A stretch of DNA of 64,000 bases from Dehalococcoidia bacterium (GCA_034421095.1 DAOUKR010000015.1:17283-81282); one strand, 5' to 3'; positions 46,069 to 56,392 are shown, counted from the stretch's first letter. The notes: generated by a model from the sequence alone, not told the origin. Program-made: numbers and translations.

Positions 46069-49000
46069 TTACTCCACTCTCAGTATATCAGATGCTTTCA
46101 GCCTGCGGCCCAGCACGCTAGCCAGCAGGATGCCGAGGGCAATGGCTACCATTAACTCAACAACTAGCAGAGCTATGAGCCACCCCTGTTGTGTGACTAT
46201 TAACGGAGGGACCAAAGGGCTTCCTCTGGAGTCTATGTCCAGGAACCCCAGTACCCACTGGCCGAGCCAGACTCCCAGAACGATGCCGCTTGCTACAGCG
46301 ATGACCGCAATCAAAACCCTTTCCAGAGCCAGAGACAGGGTAAGCTGCCGGTTGGAGAGACCCAACGCCTTGACAATGCTCAGGTCCATCCGGCCGGTAC
46401 GCACGGATACAACGGCGTAGGTCCCCAGAGCCAGCACTACGGCCACCGTCATGGCCGATATGCTGAGGATGGTAAGTCCATCCCAACCGCCGCCTGCCAG
46501 GGGGTAGCGTTCGGCTACCTCAACCCTGGACTCACTGTCTCGCAGCGAGGCAAAAAAGGGCAGGCGTTCCCCTATGGAACTGACGGCCTCGCCCCGGCCG
46601 GCGCTGTCATCCATGGATAGCCAGAGTTCCCCCGGGAACCTGTCCAGCGCAAAGGGAGTGCTCTGGATATATTGCCTGTAGTCGTCCAGGGACACCAGCA
46701 AAAATGGACGCATTGAGGGGTCTATGGTGGGAAAGTAATTTGTAACGTCTCTCACCACCATGGGCACCAGGTCCCTGCCGGCTCTGACGCGCACCTCCTG
46801 CCCGACGTAGAACATGGGGCCGCCTATGGCAGGCAGTGGGAATGGCCCCTGGGGCATCATAATGCCGCGAGGGACGCCAAGGGACGACTCCAGCCATGAG
46901 AATTTGATTCCAAAACGGCCCGAGTGGGCGGCCCGGAAGGTGATTTCCATGGTGTCCGGTTCCACTTCGGCGTTGGGTATAGGTATCCAGGTGCCGGCCC
47001 TCTCGTATCCCTCAACTACTATCCCCTCGTCCGGGTTAGAGGAGGTCTTTACGGTAATGTCGTCCAGGCCGATGCTGCCCCGGGGCAGCCTGTACGCGTC
47101 ATCTCCACTGATGAATATTGATACTACACTCAGGGGAGGTTCCGGGGGAAAGAATAGCTGGTCCAGCTCGTCCAGGGAAGATTCCAGAAAGACCCACTCC
47201 GGGGGCGGAGGCTCGCTGGGAGACGAAGCGCCGCCGCCGGAAGGGAGAGGTGGTGGAGGGACTGCGCTTGACGGTGTGAGGTCGCCTACGTACAGGCTGT
47301 AGTATCCACCCAGGGCGTCGGACAGGTGCATCCAGAGTTCCAGCTTTTGACGGAATAGGACCTGGTTGAAGCCGGCCACGTCTGTCCATACGCCAATGCT
47401 CTCTGCGTTCGTTGGTAGGACCACACCGTTTGCGCCGTCCTCGCTCTGCCTGAGGGGTGCTCCCGATACCAGGAGGTCCCTGGAGCGCAGTGGTCTGAGC
47501 AGGTCGGGAAGGTCCTTGCCGGCGAAGTCGTCCCTGTACCCCACCACGGTTTCGGGCAGGGTGTCCGGGTCTACCGCCAGCAGTTCGGCGACGGTCCCCG
47601 CAGGGAACCCGCCGATAAGGGTCACTGTGCTCCGGGTCATGGGGCTGACTCCCTCGACCCCGTCCATGTCGGCCAATGCACTCTGGGTCGAATTCGTGAA
47701 GGCAGCGCCACTCAGCACAAGGTCGCCGCCCACCTGGTAAAGGGTCTGCTCGCGCTGGCTTCTGGCGAGGGTTGATTGAAAGGCCGCACCGAATATGCCC
47801 AATGCCACTACCATCATGAGAATCACGGCGAGGGAGCCGTGGGGCAAGGGGTCGCGGGCTACCCGCACCAGGGCAAAGGTTGCCCATGCCGGGGCCAGGC
47901 CGCTCACCATCCACGTTAGGATTCTAATCAGGAGGGGCAGGACCCTGAGCAACAGAAAGGCCGCAGCAAGCAGCACCAGCACCGGGCCCATGAGCAAACT
48001 GGGGTCCACGTCTATTTCGTTTCTGTTCAGCAGGTCCCCTCTTATGAACCCTTCGCCGTCCTCAATCTGCCACCACAGGAGCCCCACAACCGCCAGCACC
48101 AGCATGTCAACGTAGTACCTCTGCAAGAAAGGCACTGTGGGCGGCCTTGCCCTTTCCCTCAGAAACTCCACTATGCCCAGCCGCGCAAGGCCCAACCCGG
48201 AAGCCGTCAGCACCAACAGGCTCAGAAAGCCCCCGATGGCGCCCATGATGAACATGTCCGCTGAAATTGCGACGGATATGGGGTCGCCTTCTCCCACCGG
48301 GTTTATGGTCCCTACCAGCAGGTAATGGACTATTGCCAGCGCCAGAAAAGGCCCCACCGCCGTCGCCAGAAGCACCATTATTCCCTCTCCCAGAGCCATG
48401 AGACCGCCCACTTGCAACATGCTGGCTCCCCGGCTTCGCAACAGGCTTGCTTCATCGCTGCGGGTACGGGACAACAGCCCCATGACCAGCACCAGGAAAT
48501 AGAGGATTACAACCACTACCAGCGATATAAACAGGTAGAGAGGCACTCTGGCATGGGTCAGGTCGGTCTGGAACTCTGTAAGGGTCAGCGCCAATCGGCT
48601 CAGTACCAGGGAACGGGAGAACCGCTTGTTCAGGTCCGTCTCCAGCCCTACGATGGCTTCCTTGGCAGGCTCCACCTGGGAGGCGGTCAGAACGCTGGTG
48701 TCCAGGTACAGGAACCAGGTATAGTCACCTACCAGGGTTGGGTATCTGGCTCCCAGGCCGTTGAGGAAGGTGCTCTCTGGAATGTACATGGGGAACGTAA
48801 CCCTCTCACCGTCGGGCACCTCCGGGTCCGGGGTGACGGCCGTGGTGAAGTAGACGGTGGATGAGTGCATCCAGTACTCTTCCCTGGTATCTATGGGTTC
48901 TGCCACCCCCACTACTGTGAAGGCGATTCGCTCGGATGGTATTTCCCTGAAGGGGATGAGGTAGGCCTGGGAGCCTACGTCGAGTCCCATTGCCAGGGAC

Positions 49001-49509
49001 GTCTGCCTCCCTATCACCACCTCCATGTCCAGGCCGCGGTCATGGAGCACCGGAGCACTCCGGGGCCATCTGCCTTCTATTATTCGAGAGTGCTCCTCAA
49101 AGTCGGTAAGAAAGAATGGCTGTCCGATGGGGGCGTTCTCCGGTGGAGGACGTCCGTCCAGGTCATACACCAGGGGCAAGTTGGGCCTGGCCTGGCCGAG
49201 ACGCTGGGTATCCCTTGTCATGTAACCCAGACGTGACTCGTTGATTTCTTCCACGGCAGAACGCAGCCTCCGATAGTCGGAGGGCCCCAGTGGCCTGTTC
49301 TGTACTACTATCATGGGGTTCAGGGATGTTTTGGGGGTGATGGCTATTGTGTGGCGAATCCCCCCTTCAGCAAGGGCGCGGGAGTAGATGGCTGCGACGG
49401 CCATGAGGGTAACGGCAGCCAGCACGCCAAAGGAGATGATGGCCAAGAGCGCCCACGACGAACGGAGCCGCCGTGGGAGAAGCCAGAGGAGCATCTTGAT
49501 TAGTTGCAT
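46069..49509 (-). CDS. Giant FtsX-family ABC permease (about 1146 aa from ATG 49509)
   Basis: Paralogous architecture ('LLRSRGASMLQV', 'IVKALGLSNRQL'). The ORF-track start at 49587 is probably too long. Confidence 0.85.
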   Translation of the reverse strand: MQLIKMLLWLLPRRLRSSWALLAIISFGVLAAVTLMAVAAIYSRALAEGGIRHTIAITPKTSLNPMIVVQNRPLGPSDYRRLRSAVEEINESRLGYMTRDTQRLGQARPNLPLVYDLDGRPPPENAPIGQPFFLTDFEEHSRIIEGRWPRSAPVLHDRGLDMEVVIGRQTSLAMGLDVGSQAYLIPFREIPSERIAFTVVGVAEPIDTREEYWMHSSTVYFTTAVTPDPEVPDGERVTFPMYIPESTFLNGLGARYPTLVGDYTWFLYLDTSVLTASQVEPAKEAIVGLETDLNKRFSRSLVLSRLALTLTEFQTDLTHARVPLYLFISLVVVVILYFLVLVMGLLSRTRSDEASLLRSRGASMLQVGGLMALGEGIMVLLATAVGPFLALAIVHYLLVGTINPVGEGDPISVAISADMFIMGAIGGFLSLLVLTASGLGLARLGIVEFLRERARPPTVPFLQRYYVDMLVLAVVGLLWWQIEDGEGFIRGDLLNRNEIDVDPSLLMGPVLVLLAAAFLLLRVLPLLIRILTWMVSGLAPAWATFALVRVARDPLPHGSLAVILMMVVALGIFGAAFQSTLARSQREQTLYQVGGDLVLSGAAFTNSTQSALADMDGVEGVSPMTRSTVTLIGGFPAGTVAELLAVDPDTLPETVVGYRDDFAGKDLPDLLRPLRSRDLLVSGAPLRQSEDGANGVVLPTNAESIGVWTDVAGFNQVLFRQKLELWMHLSDALGGYYSLYVGDLTPSSAVPPPPLPSGGGASSPSEPPPPEWVFLESSLDELDQLFFPPEPPLSVVSIFISGDDAYRLPRGSIGLDDITVKTSSNPDEGIVVEGYERAGTWIPIPNAEVEPDTMEITFRAAHSGRFGIKFSWLESSLGVPRGIMMPQGPFPLPAIGGPMFYVGQEVRVRAGRDLVPMVVRDVTNYFPTIDPSMRPFLLVSLDDYRQYIQSTPFALDRFPGELWLSMDDSAGRGEAVSSIGERLPFFASLRDSESRVEVAERYPLAGGGWDGLTILSISAMTVAVVLALGTYAVVSVRTGRMDLSIVKALGLSNRQLTLSLALERVLIAVIAVASGIVLGVWLGQWVLGFLDIDSRGSPLVPPLIVTQQGWLIALLVVELMVAIALGILLASVLGRRLKASDILRVE

Positions 49510-49654
49510 CACTTCTGATTGTACATTGGTATGATGCGTATAGGATAGTGCCGCCAACCCACACATACGCTCCCCTGCTGTTGTCAACGTCGGGGCTAGC
49601 GTGTATGCTGAAGTACAGAACCATCCGTATCAGAAGCTACCTCAGGAGGCCCAG

Positions 49655-50758
49655 ATGCTCGAACAATTTCACGTTAAAGAAGAGGACGCCGTCCGCGTTG
49701 GGGAGAACGACCTCCGGACTACAGTTACCAGTATATTCGAGAAGATGAACGTTTCCACCGGGGATGCTCGGCTGGCCGCCGACGCGCTGGTAACCGCCGA
49801 CCTCAGGGGCGTGGAGAGCCACGGTGTGTCAAATATGCTCCGCGCCTACGTGGCGGGCTACAACAGCGGGGAGATTAACCCTAACCCCAACTGGCGAATA
49901 GTCCGGCAGACCGCGGCAACCGCCAACGTAGACTCCGACGGAGGGCTGGGAATTATCGTAGGCCCCAAGTCCATGGAGATAGCCATCGAGAAGGCCAGGA
50001 ACGTCGGGGTGGGCATGGTAACCATATCCAACGGCCGCCACATGGGTATGGCATCCTACCACGCCATGATGGCCCTCAAGCACGATATGATTGGCATTTC
50101 CATGACGGGCTGTCCGCCCTCGGTCTTGCCCACCTTTGGCGCAGAGACCAGGGTGGGCACCAATCCCATCGCCGTGGCCGCCCCTGCCGGAGTGGAGCCT
50201 CCCTTCGTATACGACGCCGCTACCAGCGTCGTGGCCGGCAACAAGATTGGCCTTGCCAGTCGGCTGGGCGTGGACCTTGCTCCCGGCTGGGTGGCCGACG
50301 AAAACGGTACTCCCCTCATGGATCCCGTTCCAATCCCGCCGGGATGGGCACCGGGGATGCCCCGGAACAACCCTCTGCTTCCATTGGGCAGCACACGGGA
50401 GTCCGGCTCTCACAAGGGCTACGGTCTTGCATGTGTAGTGGACATACTCAGCGGAATACTGTCCGGCACCGGCTTCGGGATGGTCCCCGGACGCCCCAAT
50501 TTCAGCCACTTTGTGGGCGCTTATAGCATCGAGGCCTTTACCGAGGTGGACACCTTCAAGTCGCTGATGGATGATTTCCTCCGCTCTCTCAGGGACACTC
50601 CCCCCGCTCCCGGCCACGATAGAGTCGTGTATGCCGGCTTGCCGGAAGCTGAGACATTCCAGGACCGCAGTGTGAACGGTATCCCCTTGCACAAAGAGGT
50701 TGTCCAGTGGTTTCAGGATATATGCAATGAAATGTCCATTCCATACATCCTCGCCTGA
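49655..50758 (+). CDS. Ldh_2 family (malate/L-lactate/L-sulfolactate-type) oxidoreductase
   Basis: 'DLRGVESHGVSNMLRAY', 'GHKGYGLA'. ATG 49655 follows CAGGAGG. Confidence 0.85.
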   Translation: MLEQFHVKEEDAVRVGENDLRTTVTSIFEKMNVSTGDARLAADALVTADLRGVESHGVSNMLRAYVAGYNSGEINPNPNWRIVRQTAATANVDSDGGLGIIVGPKSMEIAIEKARNVGVGMVTISNGRHMGMASYHAMMALKHDMIGISMTGCPPSVLPTFGAETRVGTNPIAVAAPAGVEPPFVYDAATSVVAGNKIGLASRLGVDLAPGWVADENGTPLMDPVPIPPGWAPGMPRNNPLLPLGSTRESGSHKGYGLACVVDILSGILSGTGFGMVPGRPNFSHFVGAYSIEAFTEVDTFKSLMDDFLRSLRDTPPAPGHDRVVYAGLPEAETFQDRSVNGIPLHKEVVQWFQDICNEMSIPYILA

Positions 50759-50782
50759 GCAGGGTGCGACGTGGAGGGCTTC

Positions 50783-52006
50783 ATGGATTCTCGAAAATAT
50801 GACGTGGCAATCATAGGTGGCGGCATAATTGGCCTGTCCACCGCATTATGGCTCACCGAGCGATACCCCCGGCGCCGGGTGGTGGTGATTGAAAAGGAGA
50901 AGGAACTGGCCGTACACCAGACCGGCCACAACAGCGGGGTGATTCATTCGGGCATCTACTACAGACCGGGATCTCAGAAAGCCCAGTTCTGTGTAAGCGG
51001 AGTAGATTATCTCATCCGGTTCTGTGAGGCTAACGATATTGAGTACGAGCGATGCGGCAAGGTCATAGTCGCCACCGACGAGTCAGAGCTTGGCCGGCTG
51101 GAAGACCTCCACCAGAGGGGGACGGCCAACGGCGTCGGAGGCCTGGAGATGATAGGGCCGGAGAGGCTGAAAGAGATTGAGCCCCATGCAACGGGCATCA
51201 AGGCCCTCTACGCTCCGGGGACTGGGATAGTTGACTACAGAAAGGTCGCCAACGCATACGCGGAAAACCTGCGTGCCAATGGGGGAGAGATTCTTACCGA
51301 CAGTGAAGTCAGGAATATTCGCCGGTCTGCAGGCTCGATATTCCTGGAGACGACCCAGGAGAGCCTGGAGTCCAAATACTTGATAAACTGCGCCGGGCTG
51401 CACGCCGACAAGGTGGCACGAATGATGGGAGTTTCCCCGGATGTGCGAATCATACCCTTCCGGGGAGAGTATTATACCCTGAACCCCCAGAGCCGCCACC
51501 TTGTGAAAGCGTTAATCTATCCGGTGCCAAACCCCAGGTTCCCCTTCCTTGGAGTCCACTTCACAAGGAACGCTCATGGGGAGGTGGAAGCAGGCCCCAA
51601 TGCCGTGTTGGCCTTTGCCCGCGAGGGGTACAGGAAGACCAACTTCAACGCCGGGGAGACCCTGGGAACCCTTGGCTACCCGGGCTTCTGGGCAATGACC
51701 ATGAAACACTGGAGGACCGGGGTCGGAGAGATGCACCGCTCGTTTATGAAAAGCGTCTTCCTTCACGACCTCCGGAGGCTCCTCCCGGAGGTTAAAGGCA
51801 CGGACCTGGTCTCAGGCGGGTCCGGGGTGCGTGCTCAAGCGGTAGACAAAAGGGGCAGGCTCCTGGATGATTTCAGCATCCAGGAGACCGAAGGCGCTAT
51901 ACACGTCCTGAACGCCCCGTCTCCGGGGGCAACCTCTTCCCTCTCCATCGGCGAGCACATCGTTAGCCTGGCCGCCAAGTCTTTCGACCTGGGGACCTCA
52001 TCATAG
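50783..52006 (+). CDS. lhgO: L-2-hydroxyglutarate oxidase/dehydrogenase (FAD)
   Basis: 'YDVAIIGGGIIGLS', 'HQTGHNSGVIHSGIYY', 'GVRAQAV'. ATG 50783 follows GGAGGG. Confidence 0.85.
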   Translation: MDSRKYDVAIIGGGIIGLSTALWLTERYPRRRVVVIEKEKELAVHQTGHNSGVIHSGIYYRPGSQKAQFCVSGVDYLIRFCEANDIEYERCGKVIVATDESELGRLEDLHQRGTANGVGGLEMIGPERLKEIEPHATGIKALYAPGTGIVDYRKVANAYAENLRANGGEILTDSEVRNIRRSAGSIFLETTQESLESKYLINCAGLHADKVARMMGVSPDVRIIPFRGEYYTLNPQSRHLVKALIYPVPNPRFPFLGVHFTRNAHGEVEAGPNAVLAFAREGYRKTNFNAGETLGTLGYPGFWAMTMKHWRTGVGEMHRSFMKSVFLHDLRRLLPEVKGTDLVSGGSGVRAQAVDKRGRLLDDFSIQETEGAIHVLNAPSPGATSSLSIGEHIVSLAAKSFDLGTSS

Positions 52007-52726
52007 GCTCTTGTCATGGGGGGCCGGCCCTTGCCGCGCCAGTGCCAGGCCCCAAACGGACTCGGCGCCCCCTGCCTTGAGTACGGCGGCACAGGCCGAA
52101 ACGGTGCTTCCCGTAGTCACCACGTCGTCCACTACGATGAACCTCTGCCCCTGGGCATTGCCCACACAAGCAAAGCTCCCCTCCACATTACGCATCCGCT
52201 CTTCCAGCGACAGGGAGACCTGGGGAGGCGTGTTCCTGGTGCGTATTATGAGGTTTTCCGTCACGGGCAGACACATCCTCTTGCCCACCTCTTTTGCCAG
52301 CAACTCCGATTGGTTATAACCCCTATCCCGGAGGCGTCGCTTGTGGAGGGGTACGGGCACGAGGACGGCTCCGGGCACGGTAACTGACTCCATATACTGG
52401 GCCAGAAGCTGCCCAAGGATGGGGGCAACGGCCCTGAGATTCCGGTATTTCAGACTGTGGATAGCCTCTCGCACGGTCCCGTCCATGAGGAAAGGCGCTC
52501 TAATGCCGTCTACGGCGAGAGGTCTGGCGACGCACGTCCCGCACAGGCCCGGTCTGATAGAGGGGCCCGGTTGTGCGCACGCTTCGCAATAGGGATGTGC
52601 CAGATGAGGCAGGCCGGATTCGCAAGTGGGGCATAGAAAGCTTCCGTACTTGCTGCATCCGGCACACTGGGGAGGGAACAGTACGTCCAGGGCGGATAGT
52701 CCAAGGCGCACCAGGGGATTCTTCAT
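52001..52726 (-). CDS. ComF family phosphoribosyltransferase-like protein
   Basis: N-terminal Cys pairs 'PPQCAGC...CPTC' and 'CEAC...CGTC'. PRT motif 'FIVVDDVVTTGST'. ATG 52726 preferred. Confidence 0.8.
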   Translation of the reverse strand: MKNPLVRLGLSALDVLFPPQCAGCSKYGSFLCPTCESGLPHLAHPYCEACAQPGPSIRPGLCGTCVARPLAVDGIRAPFLMDGTVREAIHSLKYRNLRAVAPILGQLLAQYMESVTVPGAVLVPVPLHKRRLRDRGYNQSELLAKEVGKRMCLPVTENLIIRTRNTPPQVSLSLEERMRNVEGSFACVGNAQGQRFIVVDDVVTTGSTVSACAAVLKAGGAESVWGLALARQGPAPHDKSL

Positions 52727-52730
52727 ACCC

Positions 52731-53522
52731 TTACGACAAGAAGGGCACCACGGCCGAGACGAAGGCCTCCGGGTCCTCAATCTGGGGCAGGTGTCCCAGC
52801 CCCGGCAGCACCACTTTGGAGGCATTGGGCAGGTTGTTGTAAAGCAAGTCCTCACCGTCTCTCAGGCGGTCGTGCTCCCCGTAGAGCACCAGGGTTGCCG
52901 ATGCCTTGACGTGGGGCAGTCGGGACATGATGTCATACCACGCCAGAGACTCCATGGTCTTGCGTACCCATACTCCGGCCTGTGCTCGTAGCTCGTTGGT
53001 CTTTTCCACCCACTCGGGCTTGGGGTTGACGAAGGTTGTAGCGGCCCTCAATTCCTCAAGGGTGCGTGGTACAGGCATACTGTTTGCGTCATAGCCGGCC
53101 GAGCCTTCCTGGATGCGCTGGGGTGCGGTGCGAGGGTCCCACACGGGAGCGCCTACCAGTACCAACCGGTCCACTCTATCGGGATAGGAAGCGGCCAACT
53201 CCGTCGCCAGGACGGCCCCCACAGAGTTTCCTACAATGTGCGCCCTGTGGATGTTCATAATCTGCATGGCGTGGTCCATGGACCGCGCCCAGTCGGGCAT
53301 GGTAAAGCCCTCGCAGGGTGCGTCCGACTGGCCGTGTCCCAACATGTCAAAGGCGTAGCATGTGAATTGCTGGCCCAGAGGCTCCATCACCGTGTGCCAG
53401 GCCCAGTCGGAGGTTCCCATTGGGTGGAGGAGGACTACGGGATGGCCGCTGCCGGATTTCACAAAATGAATCCGGCCTTCGGGAGTCGGAACCAACTCTT
53501 CAAGGTCTCGCTGTACAAGCAT
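52731..53522 (-). CDS. Alpha/beta hydrolase
   Basis: 'VVLLHPMG', 'GHGQSD', nucleophile elbow 'VGNSVGA', C-terminal 'GLGHLPQIEDP'. Confidence 0.8.
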   Translation of the reverse strand: MLVQRDLEELVPTPEGRIHFVKSGSGHPVVLLHPMGTSDWAWHTVMEPLGQQFTCYAFDMLGHGQSDAPCEGFTMPDWARSMDHAMQIMNIHRAHIVGNSVGAVLATELAASYPDRVDRLVLVGAPVWDPRTAPQRIQEGSAGYDANSMPVPRTLEELRAATTFVNPKPEWVEKTNELRAQAGVWVRKTMESLAWYDIMSRLPHVKASATLVLYGEHDRLRDGEDLLYNNLPNASKVVLPGLGHLPQIEDPEAFVSAVVPFLS

Positions 53523-53665
53523 GGAGCCTCCTTTGCTCGGAACCTCGGTTTCCGCACAGTGCTTTGACTGTCATGTTACTAACCCCTTGCCGGCAAGTCA
53601 AGGGCAGGCGTCCAGGCCCCACTTTTCTTCATTTCCGCCGCCTTTTGTCACTCCCGCCTCCTCTT

Positions 53666-53690
53666 GTCATTCCCGCGAAAGCGGGAATCC
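53666..53690. repeat. GTCATTCC-family repeat unit (GTCATTCCCGCGAAAGCGGGAATCC)
   Basis: Perfect hairpin TTCCCGC-GAAA-GCGGGAA. It also encodes the last codons and the stop of the minus-strand LLM gene. Confidence 0.7.
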
Positions 53691-54656
53691 CTTTTGCCCC
53701 CGCAGGCGGGGGATAATCTCGTTGGCTACAGTTTCTATATGCCTGGCCCGGTCTTCCGGGGGGCAGGCCCAGCTGAAAAGGAAATGTCTCGCTCCGGCCT
53801 CCGCGTATTCTTCCAGACGGCGCACGCACTCCTCCATCGGGCCAAGCACACAGTACCGACCAACGATGTCCATGAAGTCACCGGAGTACTGGTACTGCAT
53901 CCCCAGAGAGCGGGCCGCTACCTGGGCCGCCTCCTCCCTGGTATCGTAGATGGACATGAACTGGAAATTGGCCCACTGAAAACCGGAAAGGTCCCGGCCC
54001 TCGTCGACAGCAAAGGCATGAATCTGTTCCACACTGTCCCGGTATCTCTCCGGGCTGTAGAGGTAGGGAAACCAGCCATCCCCGTAGCGGACCGCCCGGC
54101 GCATGGCGGCATCACGGCGCCCGGCCACCCAGACCGGTGGGTGAGGCTGCTGGGCGGGCGGCGGCGCTATGGTCACGTCGTCGAGCTTGTAGTACCGGCC
54201 CTGGTAGTCCACGTTCTCCTGGGTCCAGAGCCTTTTCAGTGCCTCAAGGCACTCGTCGGTCCTGCCGCCCCTCTGCCTGACGGATATTCCCGCGGCCTGA
54301 AACTCCACCGGATACTCGCCCCCCACCCCTATGCCCAGCATGAGGCGGCCACCTGAGGCGATGTCCAGGGTGGAGGTCAGCTTTGCCAGGATGGTGGGAT
54401 GATAGAAGGGGATGAGCACCACCGAGGAGAGAAGGCGTATTGTGCTGGTGGCCCCTGCGGCTACGGCCAGGACGGGCAGCACGGCGCTGGACGGCCCGGG
54501 GGGATTCCCCCGCATGAAATGCTCCCCCGACCCCACGTACTCGAAACCCAGTTCCTCCAGCCAGCGCGCCTCGGCAGCCGTCTCCTCGACACCCAGCCCC
54601 AAGACGGCCCCGAAGTGAAGCTCCGACTTGTGCGCTGTGGCGCAGGACTCAACCAT
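53667..54656 (-). CDS. LLM-class (F420/flavin-dependent) oxidoreductase
   Basis: Luciferase-like pattern 'LEELGFEYVGSGEHF', 'GGRLMLGIGVG', 'RYGDGWFP'. The C-terminal 'KGFPLSRE*' is encoded by the repeat. Confidence 0.8.
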   Translation of the reverse strand: MVESCATAHKSELHFGAVLGLGVEETAAEARWLEELGFEYVGSGEHFMRGNPPGPSSAVLPVLAVAAGATSTIRLLSSVVLIPFYHPTILAKLTSTLDIASGGRLMLGIGVGGEYPVEFQAAGISVRQRGGRTDECLEALKRLWTQENVDYQGRYYKLDDVTIAPPPAQQPHPPVWVAGRRDAAMRRAVRYGDGWFPYLYSPERYRDSVEQIHAFAVDEGRDLSGFQWANFQFMSIYDTREEAAQVAARSLGMQYQYSGDFMDIVGRYCVLGPMEECVRRLEEYAEAGARHFLFSWACPPEDRARHIETVANEIIPRLRGQKGFPLSRE

Positions 54657-54757
54657 AGCTGTACTATCTCTCCTCTGCCGAACGGTCTCTCATTTCGTGG
54701 GGATTATATCACAGGAGTAGTTCTTGACATCTTATGCGCCTGACGTCCTATCTGCCT

Positions 54758-55093
54758 CTATTCATTCACTAGGACGTCGACCGTGGTCCCAAGCACACTG
54801 GCGATGCGGACTAGGGCCGAGGTGGACCCCGGTTTTCGTCCACGCTCAATCTCGGAGAGGTAACCCACGGCAATACCGGTTTTCTCGGATAGTTTCCTCA
54901 AGGTCATGCCATGGTGGTTCCGAAAGGCCAGAATGGGACCCTTCCCCCGCATAATGGAGAGAGCGACCTCGTGCGGAACACGCACGCCGTCGTCCGCTTT
55001 CCGAGCGGCCAGCATGTCCTCAAGTTGGCTATTGCGCTCGATGAGAGCGTCGTACTCCTTCCGGGTCATGGTGATGGTCTTTTCTCTAGTCAT
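54758..55093 (-). CDS. XRE-family helix-turn-helix regulator
   Basis: HTH 'MTLRKLSEKTGIAVGYLSEIERGRKPGSTSALVRIASVLG'. Confidence 0.8.
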   Translation of the reverse strand: MTREKTITMTRKEYDALIERNSQLEDMLAARKADDGVRVPHEVALSIMRGKGPILAFRNHHGMTLRKLSEKTGIAVGYLSEIERGRKPGSTSALVRIASVLGTTVDVLVNE

Positions 55094-55234
55094 AGGCCTC
55101 TCTCCTGTGTCGGATTCTCAGAACCACCATGGTTGAGGCATCCGGGAAAGAGGACGAACCCAAGGGACAAGGCCAAGCTTCGGTGGCTTGCTTGCTGCGG
55201 GTAGGCGGGCCTCATTTGTCAGGCCCGCAGGCAG

Positions 55235-56392
55235 CTACAAGGTGGCGGGCTTGGTGGGCCGGAAGTGGGGCATGACCTCCCGGGCAAATATCTCAATCTG
55301 CTCCTTGTACTCCCGCCAGGGTGTGCCTTCGGGCCAGTGGAGGACAATCTGGTCCAGGCCTGGGTACTTCTCCTCCATCTCCTTGAGGAAGCTGACGAAA
55401 TGGTCGGGCGGCCCGCATATCCAGGCGTTCTGGGCCACTCCGTCCTCTATGTAGGGAATTCGGGTGGGAGCGCCGGGCGTACCCCAGGGGCGGCCGTTCT
55501 CGTCGGAGTACCGGACGAAGCCGAAGGGAGCGAACCACTTGTAGCGCTCGTCGTGGCTGTCCCGGACCCGGCGGACAGCCTCTTCCTCGGTATCCGCCAG
55601 GTAGAACCCCACGCTCAGGGACATGTTCTCACCCAGTTGGAGGTCGCGTCCGTACTTGGCGGACATATCTCGATAATCGTGGAACAGCTTGTCCACCAGC
55701 TTCTCCCCCGTCAGCGCCAGCATAGCCTTGAAACCCTTGCTGACCAGGTACTCCAGAGTCCTGCCGCTGGCTATGGGCTGCCAGATTTCCACGGGGCGGT
55801 TGACGGGCCTGGGGACCAGGGTGATTTCCTTCAAATCGTAACCCCGGTAGGGAACCTGGGGCGGGATCGTATAGTGCTTGCCCTGGTGGGAAAAGGACTC
55901 CTCGTTGAAAGCCTTCAGGATAATTTCTATTTGCTCCTCAAACAGCTCCCTGTTGGCCTCGTTGTCAATGACCGGTGCCCCGAAGCTTTCCACCTCCCTG
56001 GAGTGATACCCCCGGCCCACACCGAAGATTATCCGGCCTCCGGTCAGGATGTCGGCCATGGCGTAGTCCTCGGCAATGCGAAGGGGATGCCACATGGGGA
56101 CGATGTTGAAGGCGGAGCCGAACTTGAGATTCCTGGTCTGGGAAGCCAGATAGGTTCCCAACAGGATGAGGTTGGGCAGGCACTCGTATCCCTCCCTCTG
56201 AAAATGGTGCTCGGCAGTCCACATGGCATAAAAGCCCTGCTCGTCCAGGAGCTTGGCCAGCTGAGTGGCGTTGTCCAAGGCCTCCACCAGACGCTCGTTG
56301 GGGTATCTGCGCTCGTCGGCGGGAGTGCCCTCCCTGCCGATGTTCTCCAGGTCAATCTGACCCACGTACAGCACCGAAAATTTATCTATCAT
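55235..56392 (-). CDS. Luciferase-like (LLM class) flavin-dependent monooxygenase
   Basis: 'WTAEHHFQREGYE', 'GGRIIFGVGRGY'. Confidence 0.85.
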   Translation of the reverse strand: MIDKFSVLYVGQIDLENIGREGTPADERRYPNERLVEALDNATQLAKLLDEQGFYAMWTAEHHFQREGYECLPNLILLGTYLASQTRNLKFGSAFNIVPMWHPLRIAEDYAMADILTGGRIIFGVGRGYHSREVESFGAPVIDNEANRELFEEQIEIILKAFNEESFSHQGKHYTIPPQVPYRGYDLKEITLVPRPVNRPVEIWQPIASGRTLEYLVSKGFKAMLALTGEKLVDKLFHDYRDMSAKYGRDLQLGENMSLSVGFYLADTEEEAVRRVRDSHDERYKWFAPFGFVRYSDENGRPWGTPGAPTRIPYIEDGVAQNAWICGPPDHFVSFLKEMEEKYPGLDQIVLHWPEGTPWREYKEQIEIFAREVMPHFRPTKPATL

